In this document: in pieces, positions 30,178-40,328 of the stretch
Layout: each line of letters begins with the position of its first letter
How positions within the stretch are numbered: the first letter of the stretch is position 1
NCBI GenBank assembly: GCA_963727525.1
Contig: CAVSGO010000006.1
Location: 64,001-128,000 of the forward strand
Direction of reading: 5' to 3'
DNA from: an uncultured bacterium
Lineage (GTDB): Bacteria; Krumholzibacteriota; Krumholzibacteriia; LZORAL124-64-63
DNA: 64,000 nucleotides
Made by a program: the position numbers and the translations under genes
Notes under the pieces: generated by a model
What the model was told of the DNA's origin: nothing
The model's database searches: none
What the model saw: only the letters and a program-made list of their open reading frames with translations

Positions 30178-31482
30178 GTGAGCTTGCTCAACCTGTTCAA
30201 GACACCCGCGGCTCGCGTCCCCCGCGTGGCGCTCGGGTCCACGGCGATCGTCGACCTGCCCGATCCCGACCACGTGGTGATCCCCCTCGAGTATCCCGGT
30301 CAGATTCGCTTTCGACCCGCGGTCCAGGCCGGAGACTCCGTGGCGCGCGGGCAGGTGATCGGCCGTTCCGAACTGGGCAACTGCGTGCACGCCTCGATCA
30401 GCGGGCTGATCAAGGAGATCCGGACAATCTGGTCGGCTAGTGGCTACCACGTTCCGGCGGTCGTCATCACCCGCGGCGACGCACCCGCGCTCACACCCAC
30501 CGAGTGCCTCGGACAGTGCGGGCTCGATCTGGCCTCGGCGACACGCATCGCATTGCTCAAAGCGGGCGGTGTGATTTCCCCGTGGACCACGCCGGGCCAG
30601 GACCACCGAGAAGCGGACATCGGCGAGTTCCCGGACATCCAGCACATCGTCGTGAAGGGGCTGAACGAGGAGCCCACGATCGTAAATTTCGAGCTGCTCA
30701 TGGTGGAGGGAGCCGGCAGGCTGAAGGACGCGTTGCAACGGCTGTGCGATTTCGTGCCCCGCGCCACGATATGGTTGACGGTGGCGCGCCGCCTCGAGCC
30801 GTGGGCGCGCGAGACCTTCGAGGACCTCGTACGCGTGGTGGGCCTCGCCGAGGAGTATCGCCATCGCATCGAGCGGATGGTGGTGCCGCGCGTGACGGGC
30901 GTGGCCATTGCGAATACCGAGGCGTTCCGGTCGCGCGGTGTCGCCGTGCTCTCCGTCGAACACCTGCTGACCGCGGCCGATGCGCTTGCCGGCAAGCCAT
31001 TCACGCACAAGACGGCGACGATAGCCGGAGGCCTTCTGCGCGAGCCGGTGACCGTGCGCACACCGGTCGGAACGACGATCGGGACCTTGCTCGCGAGCCA
31101 GGGCATGAGCGCCGCCGACTACGGTCGTCTGATCGTCGGCGGCCCGATGCGCGGCATGACGCAGTATACCGACGAGACGCCGTTGAGCAAGTTCCAGCAC
31201 GGCGTATTGGTGATGGCAGCGTCCGAGCTGCCGGCGGAGCTGAACCGTACCTGTGTGAACTGCGGCCGCTGCACGCGCGCCTGTCCCGTGCACCTGCAGG
31301 TGCACCTCATCGGGCGTTGCGTGGAGTACAACCTGCTTGCCGAAGTGCCTTCGCGCCACCCAGAGGCCTGTCACGAGTGCGGGCTCTGCGCCTTCGTCTG
31401 TCCGGCTCATCGGCCCCTGGTGCAGATGATGAAGATCGCCAAGCGTGCGGGCGTGACCGAGACGAGCGAGGCGGTGGCATGA
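30178..31482 (+). CDS. rnfC: Divergent RnfC-like subunit
   Basis: N-terminal VQAGDSVARGQ...VHASISG, SLBB and GGPMRG, CVNCGRCTRACP and CHECGLCAFVCP; canonical GGAGFPT and NGAECEP motifs are replaced. Confidence 0.85.
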   Translation: MSLLNLFKTPAARVPRVALGSTAIVDLPDPDHVVIPLEYPGQIRFRPAVQAGDSVARGQVIGRSELGNCVHASISGLIKEIRTIWSASGYHVPAVVITRGDAPALTPTECLGQCGLDLASATRIALLKAGGVISPWTTPGQDHREADIGEFPDIQHIVVKGLNEEPTIVNFELLMVEGAGRLKDALQRLCDFVPRATIWLTVARRLEPWARETFEDLVRVVGLAEEYRHRIERMVVPRVTGVAIANTEAFRSRGVAVLSVEHLLTAADALAGKPFTHKTATIAGGLLREPVTVRTPVGTTIGTLLASQGMSAADYGRLIVGGPMRGMTQYTDETPLSKFQHGVLVMAASELPAELNRTCVNCGRCTRACPVHLQVHLIGRCVEYNLLAEVPSRHPEACHECGLCAFVCPAHRPLVQMMKIAKRAGVTETSEAVA

Positions 31483-32513
31483 TCCCGACGATCATCGACA
31501 CGCGGCCGGCGACCGACCAGGCGCCCAGGAACGATCGCGACGCTCAGCACGACCACAAGCTGAGCGTAGCCGAGGGGCCGCACTGGCACGACGGCAGTTC
31601 GCTCACGCGGACACAGATTCTCTGGCTTATGGCGCTGCTTCCCGCGGGCGTGGCGAGCGGCGTCATGCTCGGCGCACCGGCGTTGCGGGTGATGGCGCTG
31701 GCGGTCGCGGCCGCGATCGCCTTCGATGCCCTCGCCAACCGCGTGATGTCCCTGCCGGATGCCACCTCGAACGGCAGCAGCATCACTCTCGGCCTGCTGC
31801 TCGCCTTTCTCCTGCCGGTCGACGCGCCGTGGTGGTTGGTGGTCGTGGGCTGTTTCCTGACCATCGTGATCGGCAAGAAGCTCTTCGGTGGCTGGGGCGG
31901 CTATCCCGTGCATCCGGTGGCGCTGAGCTACGCGATGCTCGTCGTGTCGTGGCCAGCGCGGATGGACGTCACGGCGTCGCTCGTGCACGCGACCTGGCGC
32001 GCCGCACCGGTGGAACCTCTACGGCTCGTCAAGACCCTCGGCGCGGCCGCCGCCGCGCAATACGACCTCCACGACCTCCTGCTCGGCGTGCAGACCGCTG
32101 GCGTGGGCGACGCGATGGTGCTGTGGCTTCTCGCGGGCGGTGTCTTCCTATTCCTCGTCCGGCAGGTGCCCTGGCAGATTCCGATCGGTGTCGTCGCCGG
32201 CGTGGTGCTCTGCGCCTGGCTGCTCGGCATGGCCGACCCCGGGCGCACGGCCACGCCGGCCTTCCAGCTCCTGGCGGGCGGTACGGTGTTCATGGCGTTC
32301 TTTCTGGCGCCGGAGCACACGACATCGCCGGTCAACCCGTGGCCGATGTTCCTCTACGGGTGGTTGGGCGGCGTGTTGCTCGTGCTGATCCGCGCGTTCT
32401 CGAGTCACATCGACGGCACGGTATTCGCCGTGCTGCTGATGAACGTCGCCTGTCCGCTGCTCGACCGCCTGGGGCCCCGGATCGTCGGCCTGGAGGTGCC
32501 ACGCGATGCGTGA
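31479..32513 (+). CDS. rnfD: Rnf subunit D
   Basis: GPHWH, GKKLFGGWGGYPVHP, TSP, FAVLLMN; multi-TM. Confidence 0.9.
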   Translation: MIPTIIDTRPATDQAPRNDRDAQHDHKLSVAEGPHWHDGSSLTRTQILWLMALLPAGVASGVMLGAPALRVMALAVAAAIAFDALANRVMSLPDATSNGSSITLGLLLAFLLPVDAPWWLVVVGCFLTIVIGKKLFGGWGGYPVHPVALSYAMLVVSWPARMDVTASLVHATWRAAPVEPLRLVKTLGAAAAAQYDLHDLLLGVQTAGVGDAMVLWLLAGGVFLFLVRQVPWQIPIGVVAGVVLCAWLLGMADPGRTATPAFQLLAGGTVFMAFFLAPEHTTSPVNPWPMFLYGWLGGVLLVLIRAFSSHIDGTVFAVLLMNVACPLLDRLGPRIVGLEVPRDA

Positions 32514-33111
32514 AATCGGTCGCCTGGTGCTGGTGCTCGGGCTCATCGGCGTGGTGAGCGCGTCGTCGCTGGCATACGTGCGCACGACCCTCGCTCCCCG
32601 GATCGAGCGGCAGAACGATTTCTACGTGCGCGGGCCGGCGCTCGAACGGCTGTTCCAGCAGCCGGCACGCACTCTCCTGGGCAACAAGGTGACGCTGGAT
32701 GCGGCCGGCACCCGCTACCTGATCTTCTTTCGGCGAGTGGACGGCGACGTCACGGGTCTCGCCGTGGAAGCGCCTGGCCACGGCGGCTACGCCGGCGACG
32801 TGGTGATGATGGTCGGACTCGATCTTGTCACCGAACGGATGCTCGGCGTGGAGATCGTCTCGCACGGCGAGACCCCGGGCGTGGGTGCCCGGATCGAGAG
32901 ACCGACATTCCGCAAGCAGTGGCGAGGCTTGCCGATGGACGACACGCTGAATCTGCGCACTGCGGGCGGCAACATCGACGCGATCAGCGGTGCCACCTTC
33001 TCGTCGCGTGCCATGATCGACGGCACCAACCAGGTCGATGGCCCTGATGCGGGATCACAGGGCCGACATCCTGGCGCGCATAGCCGGGAACTAGACGGAG
33101 AGCGGTCATGA
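32506..33111 (+). CDS. rnfG: Rnf subunit G (FMN-binding); probable extra base near 33037, corrected stop at 33094
   Basis: [22 protein letters not shown] flavinylation motif. Confidence 0.9.
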   Translation: MREIGRLVLVLGLIGVVSASSLAYVRTTLAPRIERQNDFYVRGPALERLFQQPARTLLGNKVTLDAAGTRYLIFFRRVDGDVTGLAVEAPGHGGYAGDVVMMVGLDLVTERMLGVEIVSHGETPGVGARIERPTFRKQWRGLPMDDTLNLRTAGGNIDAISGATFSSRAMIDGTNQVDGPDAGSQGRHPGAHSRELDGERS

Positions 33112-33720
33112 CGTTCAGGCAGGCACTCACTCACGGGTTCTGGCGAGACCTGCCGCCTTTCCGGCTGGTGCTTGGCCTCTGCCCGGCTCTGGCCGTCACC
33201 TCGGCCGCGCCCAACGGGCTGGGCATGGGGTTGGCGGTGACCTTCGTGCTGATCTTCTCCAACATGTTCATCTCGCTGCTGCGCCGGGTGATCCCCGAGC
33301 GAGGTACGGATCGCCAGCTACATCGTGGTGATCGCCAGCCTCGTGGTGCTCGTGGAACTGGGCATGAAGGCGTTCTTCTTCTCGCTCTCCCAGCAGTTGG
33401 GGATCTACATCCCGCTCATCGTCGTGAACTGCATCCTGCTGGGGCGCGCCGAGGCGTTCGCCTCGCGCAATCCTGTGCTGCTGTCCGTGGCCGACGGGGT
33501 GAGCGTGGGGCTGGGCTACACGGTCTCGCTCACGTTGATGGCGTCGGTGCGCGAGGTCCTGGGCGCCGGCACGTGGTTCGGCCATACAGTGTTCGGACAT
33601 GGTTTCGAGCCCTTCGGTTTCATGGTCAGGGCGCCGGGGGCGTTCCTCTGCCTGGGCCTGCTCCTCGGACTGATGAATGCCTGGAGCCGCAAGCGCGGCG
33701 AGTTCTTCGTGCAGACGTGA
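33108..33720 (+). CDS. rnfE: Rnf subunit E, interrupted by one extra base near 33300
   Basis: [10 protein letters not shown] in one frame; [11 protein letters not shown] and [19 protein letters not shown] in the next. Confidence 0.9.
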
Positions 33721-33734
33721 CGGGAGACCGTGCC

Positions 33735-34310
33735 ATGAACCTGATTCTGCTGACCGTGAGTGCGATCTTCGTACACAACATCCTGCTGGCGCAATACCTG
33801 GGCAACTGCCCGTTCTGCGGCGTATCGAAGAGGATCGAAACCGCGACCGGCATGGCGGTGGCCGTGGTATTCGTGACCACTCTGGCGTCGATCTTCACCT
33901 GGGGCACGTATCACCAGATTCTCGTGCCATTGCACCTGGAGTACCTGCAAACGCTGGTCTTCATCCTGGTGATCGCGGCCCTCGTGCAGTTCGTGGAGAT
34001 CTTCCTCAAGAAGAAGAGCCGTTCCCTCTACAACGCGCTCGGGATCTACCTGCCACTGATCACCACGAACTGCGCCGTGCTGGGGATCGCGTTGCTCAAT
34101 ATCAAGAACAACTTCGGCTTCGTGCACATGGTGGTGTATTCCGCCGCCAGCTCGGCGGGATTCGGCCTTGCCATCGTGCTGTTCGCCGGGGTGCGCGAGC
34201 GCCTCTTCCTGTCGCCGGTGCCGCGGTCCATGCAGGGGACGGCGATCGCCCTCGTCACGGCCGGCATCATGTCGCTCGCGTTCCTGGGGTTCGCGGGCAT
34301 GGTCGAGTAG
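33735..34310 (+). CDS. rnfA: Rnf subunit A
   Basis: [32 protein letters not shown]. Confidence 0.95.
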   Translation: MNLILLTVSAIFVHNILLAQYLGNCPFCGVSKRIETATGMAVAVVFVTTLASIFTWGTYHQILVPLHLEYLQTLVFILVIAALVQFVEIFLKKKSRSLYNALGIYLPLITTNCAVLGIALLNIKNNFGFVHMVVYSAASSAGFGLAIVLFAGVRERLFLSPVPRSMQGTAIALVTAGIMSLAFLGFAGMVE

Positions 34311-34325
34311 CCACGGAGACGCACC

Positions 34326-36416
34326 ATGTGGATCCCCGCTGTCGTCCTCGGAGGTATCGCCGCGATCGCGGCGGTGGTGCTGGGCATTGCGGCGCGCGTC
34401 TTCCACGTTCAGGAAGATCCGCGGATCAAGGCCGTCAATGACCTGCTCGCCGGCGCCAACTGCGGGGGCTGCGGCTACGCGGGCTGCGTCGCCTGTGCGG
34501 AGGCGATCGTCCGCGGCGAGGTGGAGCCCAACGCATGCGTGGTCGGTCAGGCCGATGTGGCGCGCGCCGTCGCCTCGTTTCTGGGCATGGAACTGGCCGA
34601 CACGGAGCCGCAGATCGCGTGCCCCGACTGCCAGGGAGGGTTGCGCGCCTCGCGCAAGTACGCCTACGCCGGCTTTGACGACTGCCGCGCTGCTATGCTC
34701 TATTTCCACGGCCCCGTGTCATGCCAGCACGGATGCCTCGGGCTGGGCACCTGCATCCGCGCCTGCAAGTTCGGGGCGATCACGATGGGGCCCGCCGGGT
34801 TGCCCCTCTTCGATCCTACGCGCTGCGTGGCCTGCGGCGCCTGCGCTCGCGCTTGCCCCAAGGGCATCATCTCGATCATTTCCGAGACGACCAAGATCCT
34901 GCACTGGAATCGCTACACCGAATGCCTGGCCCCGTGCCGGCAGAAGTGTCCGGCGCAGATCAACATCCCCAAGTACATCGAGCACCTGAAGCGCGGCGAG
35001 TTCGCCGAGGCGTTGCTGACGATCAAGGAGAGCAACCCGCTACCGCTCTCCACGGGCCGGGTATGCCCCGAGCCGTGTGCCCTGGCCTGCCGGCGACATA
35101 TCGGCGACGAACCGGTAGCGATCAACTATCTCAAGCGCTTCGCGGCCGACTGGGAAATGAGCTCGGGGCGCCGCCTGCACATCCCTGTGCTTCCGGATAC
35201 CGGCCGGAAGGTCGCGGTGATCGGAGGCGGGCCAGCCGGACTGTCCGCGGCCTACTTCCTGCGCCGCCTCGGCCACGCCGTCACCATCTATGATCAGATG
35301 CCGGCGCTCGGCGGCATGCTGCGCTACGGCATTCCGGAGTACCGTCTTCCCAAGCGTGTTCTCGACTGGGAGATCGAGGGCATCCTGGCACTCGGCATCC
35401 AGGCCGCGACCGGTGTCGCTCTGGGCAAGGACTTCACCATCGATTTCCTGCGCGCCAATGGTCACGACGCGATCTTCCTCGCCGTGGGTGCATGGCGCGA
35501 CAATGGCCTTGGCCTCGAGGACGACGGCGTCTCTGGTATCGTGAGCGGCATCGAGTTGCTGCGGCGCATGCAGACGTCCGCGCCGATCCCCTTACGTGGA
35601 CACGTGATCGTGATCGGCGGCGGCAACACCGCCATCGATGCCGCGCGCACCGCCCTGCGAGCCGGCGCGAGTCGGGTGAGCATCGTGTATCGCCGTTCGC
35701 GCGACGAGATGCCGGCGAATCCGGCCGAGATCGTGGCCGCTGACGAGGAGGGCGTGCGATACCGCTTCCTCAGCGCGCCCAACCGCATCGTATCCGACGC
35801 CGGCCACGTCACCGGGCTCGAGATTCTGCGCATGGAGCTGGGCGAACCCGATCCCAGCGGTCGGCGAAGGCCCGTGGCGATCGCGGGATCGGAAGAGACG
35901 ATCCCGTGCGACCTGATCATCGAGGCCGTGGGCCAGATGCCCGACATCGATTTCCTTGCGGTGCCGGGCATGCCGTCGTTGCCGACAACGCGCTGGAACA
36001 CGATCGACGCCAGCGAGGACACGCTACAGACCGATGTGCCCTACATCTTCACCGGTGGTGATTGCTTCACGGGACCCTCGCTCATGGTCAACGCGATCGG
36101 TGCTGGTCGGTATGCGGCACGATCGATCCACTATTACGTGACCGAGGGCAGGATTCCGCCAATCGAGCACCGACAGACCGAACTCATCAGCGACTCGCTC
36201 TACGAGTCCATCGCGGGTGTGGCACCCCGCCCTCGGGTGCACGAGCCCGTCGTGACGCTGCAGGACCGCCTCGGCACTTTCAATGAGGTCGAGGGCACGA
36301 TCGACGAAGAGGATGCCCTCTACGAGGCCGCGCGTTGCCTGCATTGCGGCACCTACTGCTATGACCACGATCTGGAGCAGGAACGTCTGCGGCAGGAGAC
36401 CGAGCAGCCGGCGTGA
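34326..36416 (+). CDS. rnfB: RnfB fused to a GltD/NfnB-like FAD/NADPH oxidoreductase
   Basis: RnfB N-terminus (EDPRI, NCGGCGYAGC, two ferredoxin motifs), then APCRQKCP, GRVCPEPC, GGGPAG, GGMLRYGIPEYRLP, GGGNTAID, YRRSR, RCLHCG. Confidence 0.92.
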   Translation: MWIPAVVLGGIAAIAAVVLGIAARVFHVQEDPRIKAVNDLLAGANCGGCGYAGCVACAEAIVRGEVEPNACVVGQADVARAVASFLGMELADTEPQIACPDCQGGLRASRKYAYAGFDDCRAAMLYFHGPVSCQHGCLGLGTCIRACKFGAITMGPAGLPLFDPTRCVACGACARACPKGIISIISETTKILHWNRYTECLAPCRQKCPAQINIPKYIEHLKRGEFAEALLTIKESNPLPLSTGRVCPEPCALACRRHIGDEPVAINYLKRFAADWEMSSGRRLHIPVLPDTGRKVAVIGGGPAGLSAAYFLRRLGHAVTIYDQMPALGGMLRYGIPEYRLPKRVLDWEIEGILALGIQAATGVALGKDFTIDFLRANGHDAIFLAVGAWRDNGLGLEDDGVSGIVSGIELLRRMQTSAPIPLRGHVIVIGGGNTAIDAARTALRAGASRVSIVYRRSRDEMPANPAEIVAADEEGVRYRFLSAPNRIVSDAGHVTGLEILRMELGEPDPSGRRRPVAIAGSEETIPCDLIIEAVGQMPDIDFLAVPGMPSLPTTRWNTIDASEDTLQTDVPYIFTGGDCFTGPSLMVNAIGAGRYAARSIHYYVTEGRIPPIEHRQTELISDSLYESIAGVAPRPRVHEPVVTLQDRLGTFNEVEGTIDEEDALYEAARCLHCGTYCYDHDLEQERLRQETEQPA

Positions 36417-36446
36417 TCCGGCCGCCATGCAGAAAGGTACGGCAAG

Positions 36447-36854
36447 GTGTATCTACGGACCGCGCGAAATCGCCTGCAGTTCGTGCTCTGGCTCGTCGCG
36501 GTGCACTCTGCCGCCGTTGCCGTGGGACTCATGGCGCATCCCGTAGCGCTGCTGGAACGCCTCGGCTTCGCCGCCGTGGGCGAGCCGTTCTTCCCGACCC
36601 AGGGCGGCGTCTTCCATCTGGTCATGGCGGTAGGCTACGCGATGGCTGCCTGGTCGCCGGATCGCAACCGCTGCCTGGCCGTGTTCTCGATCGTGGTCAA
36701 GGTTCTGGCCACGCTCTTTCTGCTCGTCTATTGGTTCGTGATCTCTCGTCTACCGGCGGTGCTGCTTTCCGGCCTGGTCGACGGCGCCATGGCGGTAATG
36801 ATCGCGCTCGCGTACGCGGCATGGCGACGCGAGCAAGCACGCGAGGTGTCGTGA
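36447..36854 (+). CDS. Small four-TM membrane protein
   Basis: Hydrophobic 135-aa ORF whose stop overlaps the next start. Confidence 0.65.
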   Translation: MYLRTARNRLQFVLWLVAVHSAAVAVGLMAHPVALLERLGFAAVGEPFFPTQGGVFHLVMAVGYAMAAWSPDRNRCLAVFSIVVKVLATLFLLVYWFVISRLPAVLLSGLVDGAMAVMIALAYAAWRREQAREVS

Positions 36855-38524
36855 TGGACACGAAGCTGCCCGGAATCGTCGTGACCGGCGCCTCCGGCTT
36901 CATCGGTCGGCACTTCCTGGCCAGTGCGGCCGGACGCTACCGGCTGTTCTGTCTGGCGCGCCGCTCGCGCGAGGAGTCGCAGATTCCCGCCTACGAAAAC
37001 CTGCATTGGTCGCAGGTTGACGTTGCGCGCTGGGACGACCTACGCGAGGTCGTGCATTGCGTGAAGAGCCATGGAGGCGCGTCTGCCGTGCTTCATCTCG
37101 CCGGCTACTACGACTTCCACAACATGGAGCACCCCGAATACGAACGCACGAACGTGAAGGGGACCCGCAACGTTCTCAAACTGGCGCGTCAGCTCGGTGT
37201 CGGTCGCTTCATCTTCGCCAGCTCCCTGGCCGCGTGCCGGTTTCCGCCGGCGGGCCTGGCGATCACCGAGGATTCGCCGGCCGACGCCGGATTCGCCTAT
37301 GCCCGGAGCAAGCGCGACGCGGAGGAACTCATCTGCGCGCATACCCAATGGATCCCAGCGTCCATCGTGCGCCTCGCTGCGGTCTATAGCGACTGGTGCG
37401 AGTATCCACCGCTCTATGTCTTCCTGAAGACGTGGCTATCGGACGGCTGGAACGCCTGCATTCTCGGGGGGCGCGGCGAATCGGCGGTGCCGTACATTCA
37501 CGTCCAGGATCTGGTGAAGCTCTTTCATGTGATCCTCGAGCGCAGCGCTACGCTGCCGCGACTGGCCGTGTACAACGCCAGCCCGAATTCAGTGGCCAGC
37601 CATCGGGATCTGTTCCAGATGGCGACGCGTGCATACTACGGCACGGACATCCAGCCGCGATGCGTGCCGCGCGTACTGGCGGTACCGGGCGTGTTCCTGC
37701 GCTGGTGGCTCGGCAAGGCCCGAGGGGCGGCGCCGTTCGAGGCGCCCTGGATGATGCGGTATGTGGACGCGCAGCTCCGGGTCGATGCCAACCGCACCCA
37801 TGCGGCGCTCGATTGGCGCCCGGCGCCGCGCATGGACGTCGTACGACGGCTACTGGTGATGATCGAGAATATGAAGACGCACTCCGAAATATGGCATCAG
37901 CGCAATGAGGCGGCTCTACGGCGCGTGGCATACCGTCCCAATCTCGTCATCGCCCGGATCCTCGACGACCTGCGCGAGGAGTTGATCGCCCGGATCGCCG
38001 AACGGGTGAATTCACCGGATCTGGCCTCGCAATTCGCCGGATATCACGACATGGAGCGCGAGACGCTCCGCTGGTACCTCGCGTTGCTCTACCAGGTGCT
38101 CGTGGCGTCCGTGCGCACGCGCGACCGGCAGCTCATCCGGCACTACGCCCAGGTCATCGCCACGAGACGCCAGCAGGAGGGTTTCTCGTCCGACGAAGTG
38201 CGCGACTTCCTGATCCTGGTGGGCAAGATCGTGACTGAGACGTTGCGCACGCATGCCGAGCTTGTGGGGCACGAGCAGCCCATTCACGACAATGTCGGTC
38301 TGGCGTTCCAGCTCGCGGTCGACGGCATCGAGGACGTCTACGAAGCTCACGAGGCGCTCAATCCGGAATTGATTGCGCGGGGGCAGGGCTTCGCGGAACT
38401 GGGCTCGAACCGCGACCTCGAGCATATGGTTCACCAGCTCCGCGATCTCTGTGGCGATGTGTTCCCGACGCCCGGTGTCCACGCGAACACGGCCACGACG
38501 GATCGTCCCGTCATCGGACCATGA
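36854..38524 (+). CDS. NAD-dependent epimerase/dehydratase (extended SDR) with extra helical C-terminal domain
   Basis: VTGASGFIG, HLAG, YARSK; C-terminal ~200 aa helical, RsbRD_N/globin-like. Confidence 0.85.
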   Translation: MDTKLPGIVVTGASGFIGRHFLASAAGRYRLFCLARRSREESQIPAYENLHWSQVDVARWDDLREVVHCVKSHGGASAVLHLAGYYDFHNMEHPEYERTNVKGTRNVLKLARQLGVGRFIFASSLAACRFPPAGLAITEDSPADAGFAYARSKRDAEELICAHTQWIPASIVRLAAVYSDWCEYPPLYVFLKTWLSDGWNACILGGRGESAVPYIHVQDLVKLFHVILERSATLPRLAVYNASPNSVASHRDLFQMATRAYYGTDIQPRCVPRVLAVPGVFLRWWLGKARGAAPFEAPWMMRYVDAQLRVDANRTHAALDWRPAPRMDVVRRLLVMIENMKTHSEIWHQRNEAALRRVAYRPNLVIARILDDLREELIARIAERVNSPDLASQFAGYHDMERETLRWYLALLYQVLVASVRTRDRQLIRHYAQVIATRRQQEGFSSDEVRDFLILVGKIVTETLRTHAELVGHEQPIHDNVGLAFQLAVDGIEDVYEAHEALNPELIARGQGFAELGSNRDLEHMVHQLRDLCGDVFPTPGVHANTATTDRPVIGP

Positions 38525-39983
38525 CCATCTTGCGCGTGAGCACGTGGCCCGCCTGCTCGAGGCGGTACACGTAGACCCCGGCCGGCATCGCGGCGCCTTG
38601 GTCGTCGGTGCCGGCCCACATCGTCACGTGGTGGCCGCCGTCGCGTTCGGCGTCGACGAGGGTCCGTATCCGTCGGCCGCGCTGGTCGAAGATGGCAAGT
38701 GTGACGTGATCTCCGCCGCGCCGCACGTCGTACCCGATCGTGGTCTGGGGATTGAAGGGGTTGGGAATGTTCTGCTCGAGGGCGATGGCGTTGGGCACGC
38801 TGTCGATGTTGACCGTGGTGCCCGTGATGCGGTAGACCGTATCGCCGCCGACGTCGACCACGTACAGTTCGCCGAGCCCATCCTGGCCGATCGACGCGAG
38901 CCCGCCGAAGCCGCCCGGCGGCGTGATCTGGTCGGTCCAGTCCGTGACCGGTCCGAATCCGCTCGCTGCCGACCACGCGCCACTCCAGATCTGACCGCTG
39001 CAGTAATCGGCGAAAAAATACTGGCCGGCAAGCGCCGGTAAGGCGTCGCCGCGATAGACGTAGCCGCCTGAGATGGAGCATCGAAACGGGGTGCCGCCGT
39101 GCGAGTACTCGTGGACCGGCAACACCAGGGTGCCGTCGTTGCAATCACTCGGCGGATCGTAGCAACTCGTGCCTTCCATCAGGTGCCAACCGTAGTTCTC
39201 ACCACCGCTCGAGCTGGCGGGTTGGACGTCGATTTCCTCCAGCTCACCCTGGCCCACGTCGGCGATGTAGAGATCTCCGGTCTGTCGATCGAAGGAGAAG
39301 CACCAGGGGTTGCGCAGGCCGTAGGCCCAGATCTCGTCACGCCCGGGCTGGCCCACCAGGGGATTCGAGGGCGGATTGGTGTAGCCGGGTGCCATGGCCA
39401 CGTTGATGCGCAGGATCTTGCCCAGCAACAGGTCGACATTCTGCGCCCTGTTCTGCGGGTCGCCGGCTGAGCCACCGTCGCCCAGGCCGATGTAGAGCAT
39501 GCCGTCCGGCCCGAACTGCAGGCACCCGCCGTTGTGGTTGCTGTACGGCTGTGTCACCGAGATCAGGTGCTCGGCGCTCGTGGGGTCGGCGACGTCGGGA
39601 TCGGCGCTGACATGGTAGCGTACGATCTGCGTGTCGCCGTTGACGTCGGTGTAGTCGACGTAGAAGCGACCCGAGATGTCATAGTCGGGCGCGAAGGCGA
39701 GCCCCAGGAGTCCACGTTCGCTCCCCGTGCCGACCAGATCGGAGATGTCGAGGAAGACATCGAGTCGGTTGCCGCCCTGGTCGTAGACCTCGATACGTCC
39801 ACCCTGCCGCACGACGAAGAGGCGAGGATCGCCATCCGGCGCGACGAGCCGCACGGGCTGAGCGATGTTCGTGATCACCGGTTCAACCGCAAGGACGGCC
39901 GCAGCCAACTGCGGGCGCATGGTTATCGCAACGAGGATGATAACGAGCGCGGCCAGTACGGGCCGCGAGAATGTGCGTAGCAT
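38511..39983 (-). CDS. PQQ-dependent glucose/sorbosone dehydrogenase-family protein with FlgD-Ig CTD
   Basis: ERGLLGLAF, NHNGG, GDGG, AYGLRNPW, GENYGW; PNPFNP tail. Confidence 0.92.
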   Translation of the reverse strand: MLRTFSRPVLAALVIILVAITMRPQLAAAVLAVEPVITNIAQPVRLVAPDGDPRLFVVRQGGRIEVYDQGGNRLDVFLDISDLVGTGSERGLLGLAFAPDYDISGRFYVDYTDVNGDTQIVRYHVSADPDVADPTSAEHLISVTQPYSNHNGGCLQFGPDGMLYIGLGDGGSAGDPQNRAQNVDLLLGKILRINVAMAPGYTNPPSNPLVGQPGRDEIWAYGLRNPWCFSFDRQTGDLYIADVGQGELEEIDVQPASSSGGENYGWHLMEGTSCYDPPSDCNDGTLVLPVHEYSHGGTPFRCSISGGYVYRGDALPALAGQYFFADYCSGQIWSGAWSAASGFGPVTDWTDQITPPGGFGGLASIGQDGLGELYVVDVGGDTVYRITGTTVNIDSVPNAIALEQNIPNPFNPQTTIGYDVRRGGDHVTLAIFDQRGRRIRTLVDAERDGGHHVTMWAGTDDQGAAMPAGVYVYRLEQAGHVLTRKMVMVR

Positions 39984-40328
39984 GCCGTTCCTCCGGATTT
40001 CGGTCGAGATTCCGTCAATACGACGATCGTCAAGTCAGATATTTATACAGGATATTACTCGTCATGTATGGCGCCAGGCAAGTTTTTGACCGGTGGCGGG
40101 AAGATCTTGCCCGATCACGATCAGAACACGCCATTGCGACGTGCGACGCACGATCTCTCCCCGTCCTGGTCGGCACAATTCGAGGAGCGAGTAGAGCGCG
40201 AAACCTCTACCTGTATTACGAAACGGAAAAAGACGACTTTGGTCATGATAACTGATTGCAATATCGCTCGTTACAGCAATATTTTCTCAGTAATTTCTTC
40301 ATTTTCTTCTTTCTCCGAGCGATACTAT

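Noticed and set aside
26690-33310. Programmed ribosomal frameshifting or phase variation in sbp, rnfG and rnfE
   Set aside because: No slippery heptamers, long homopolymers or tandem repeats at the sites.
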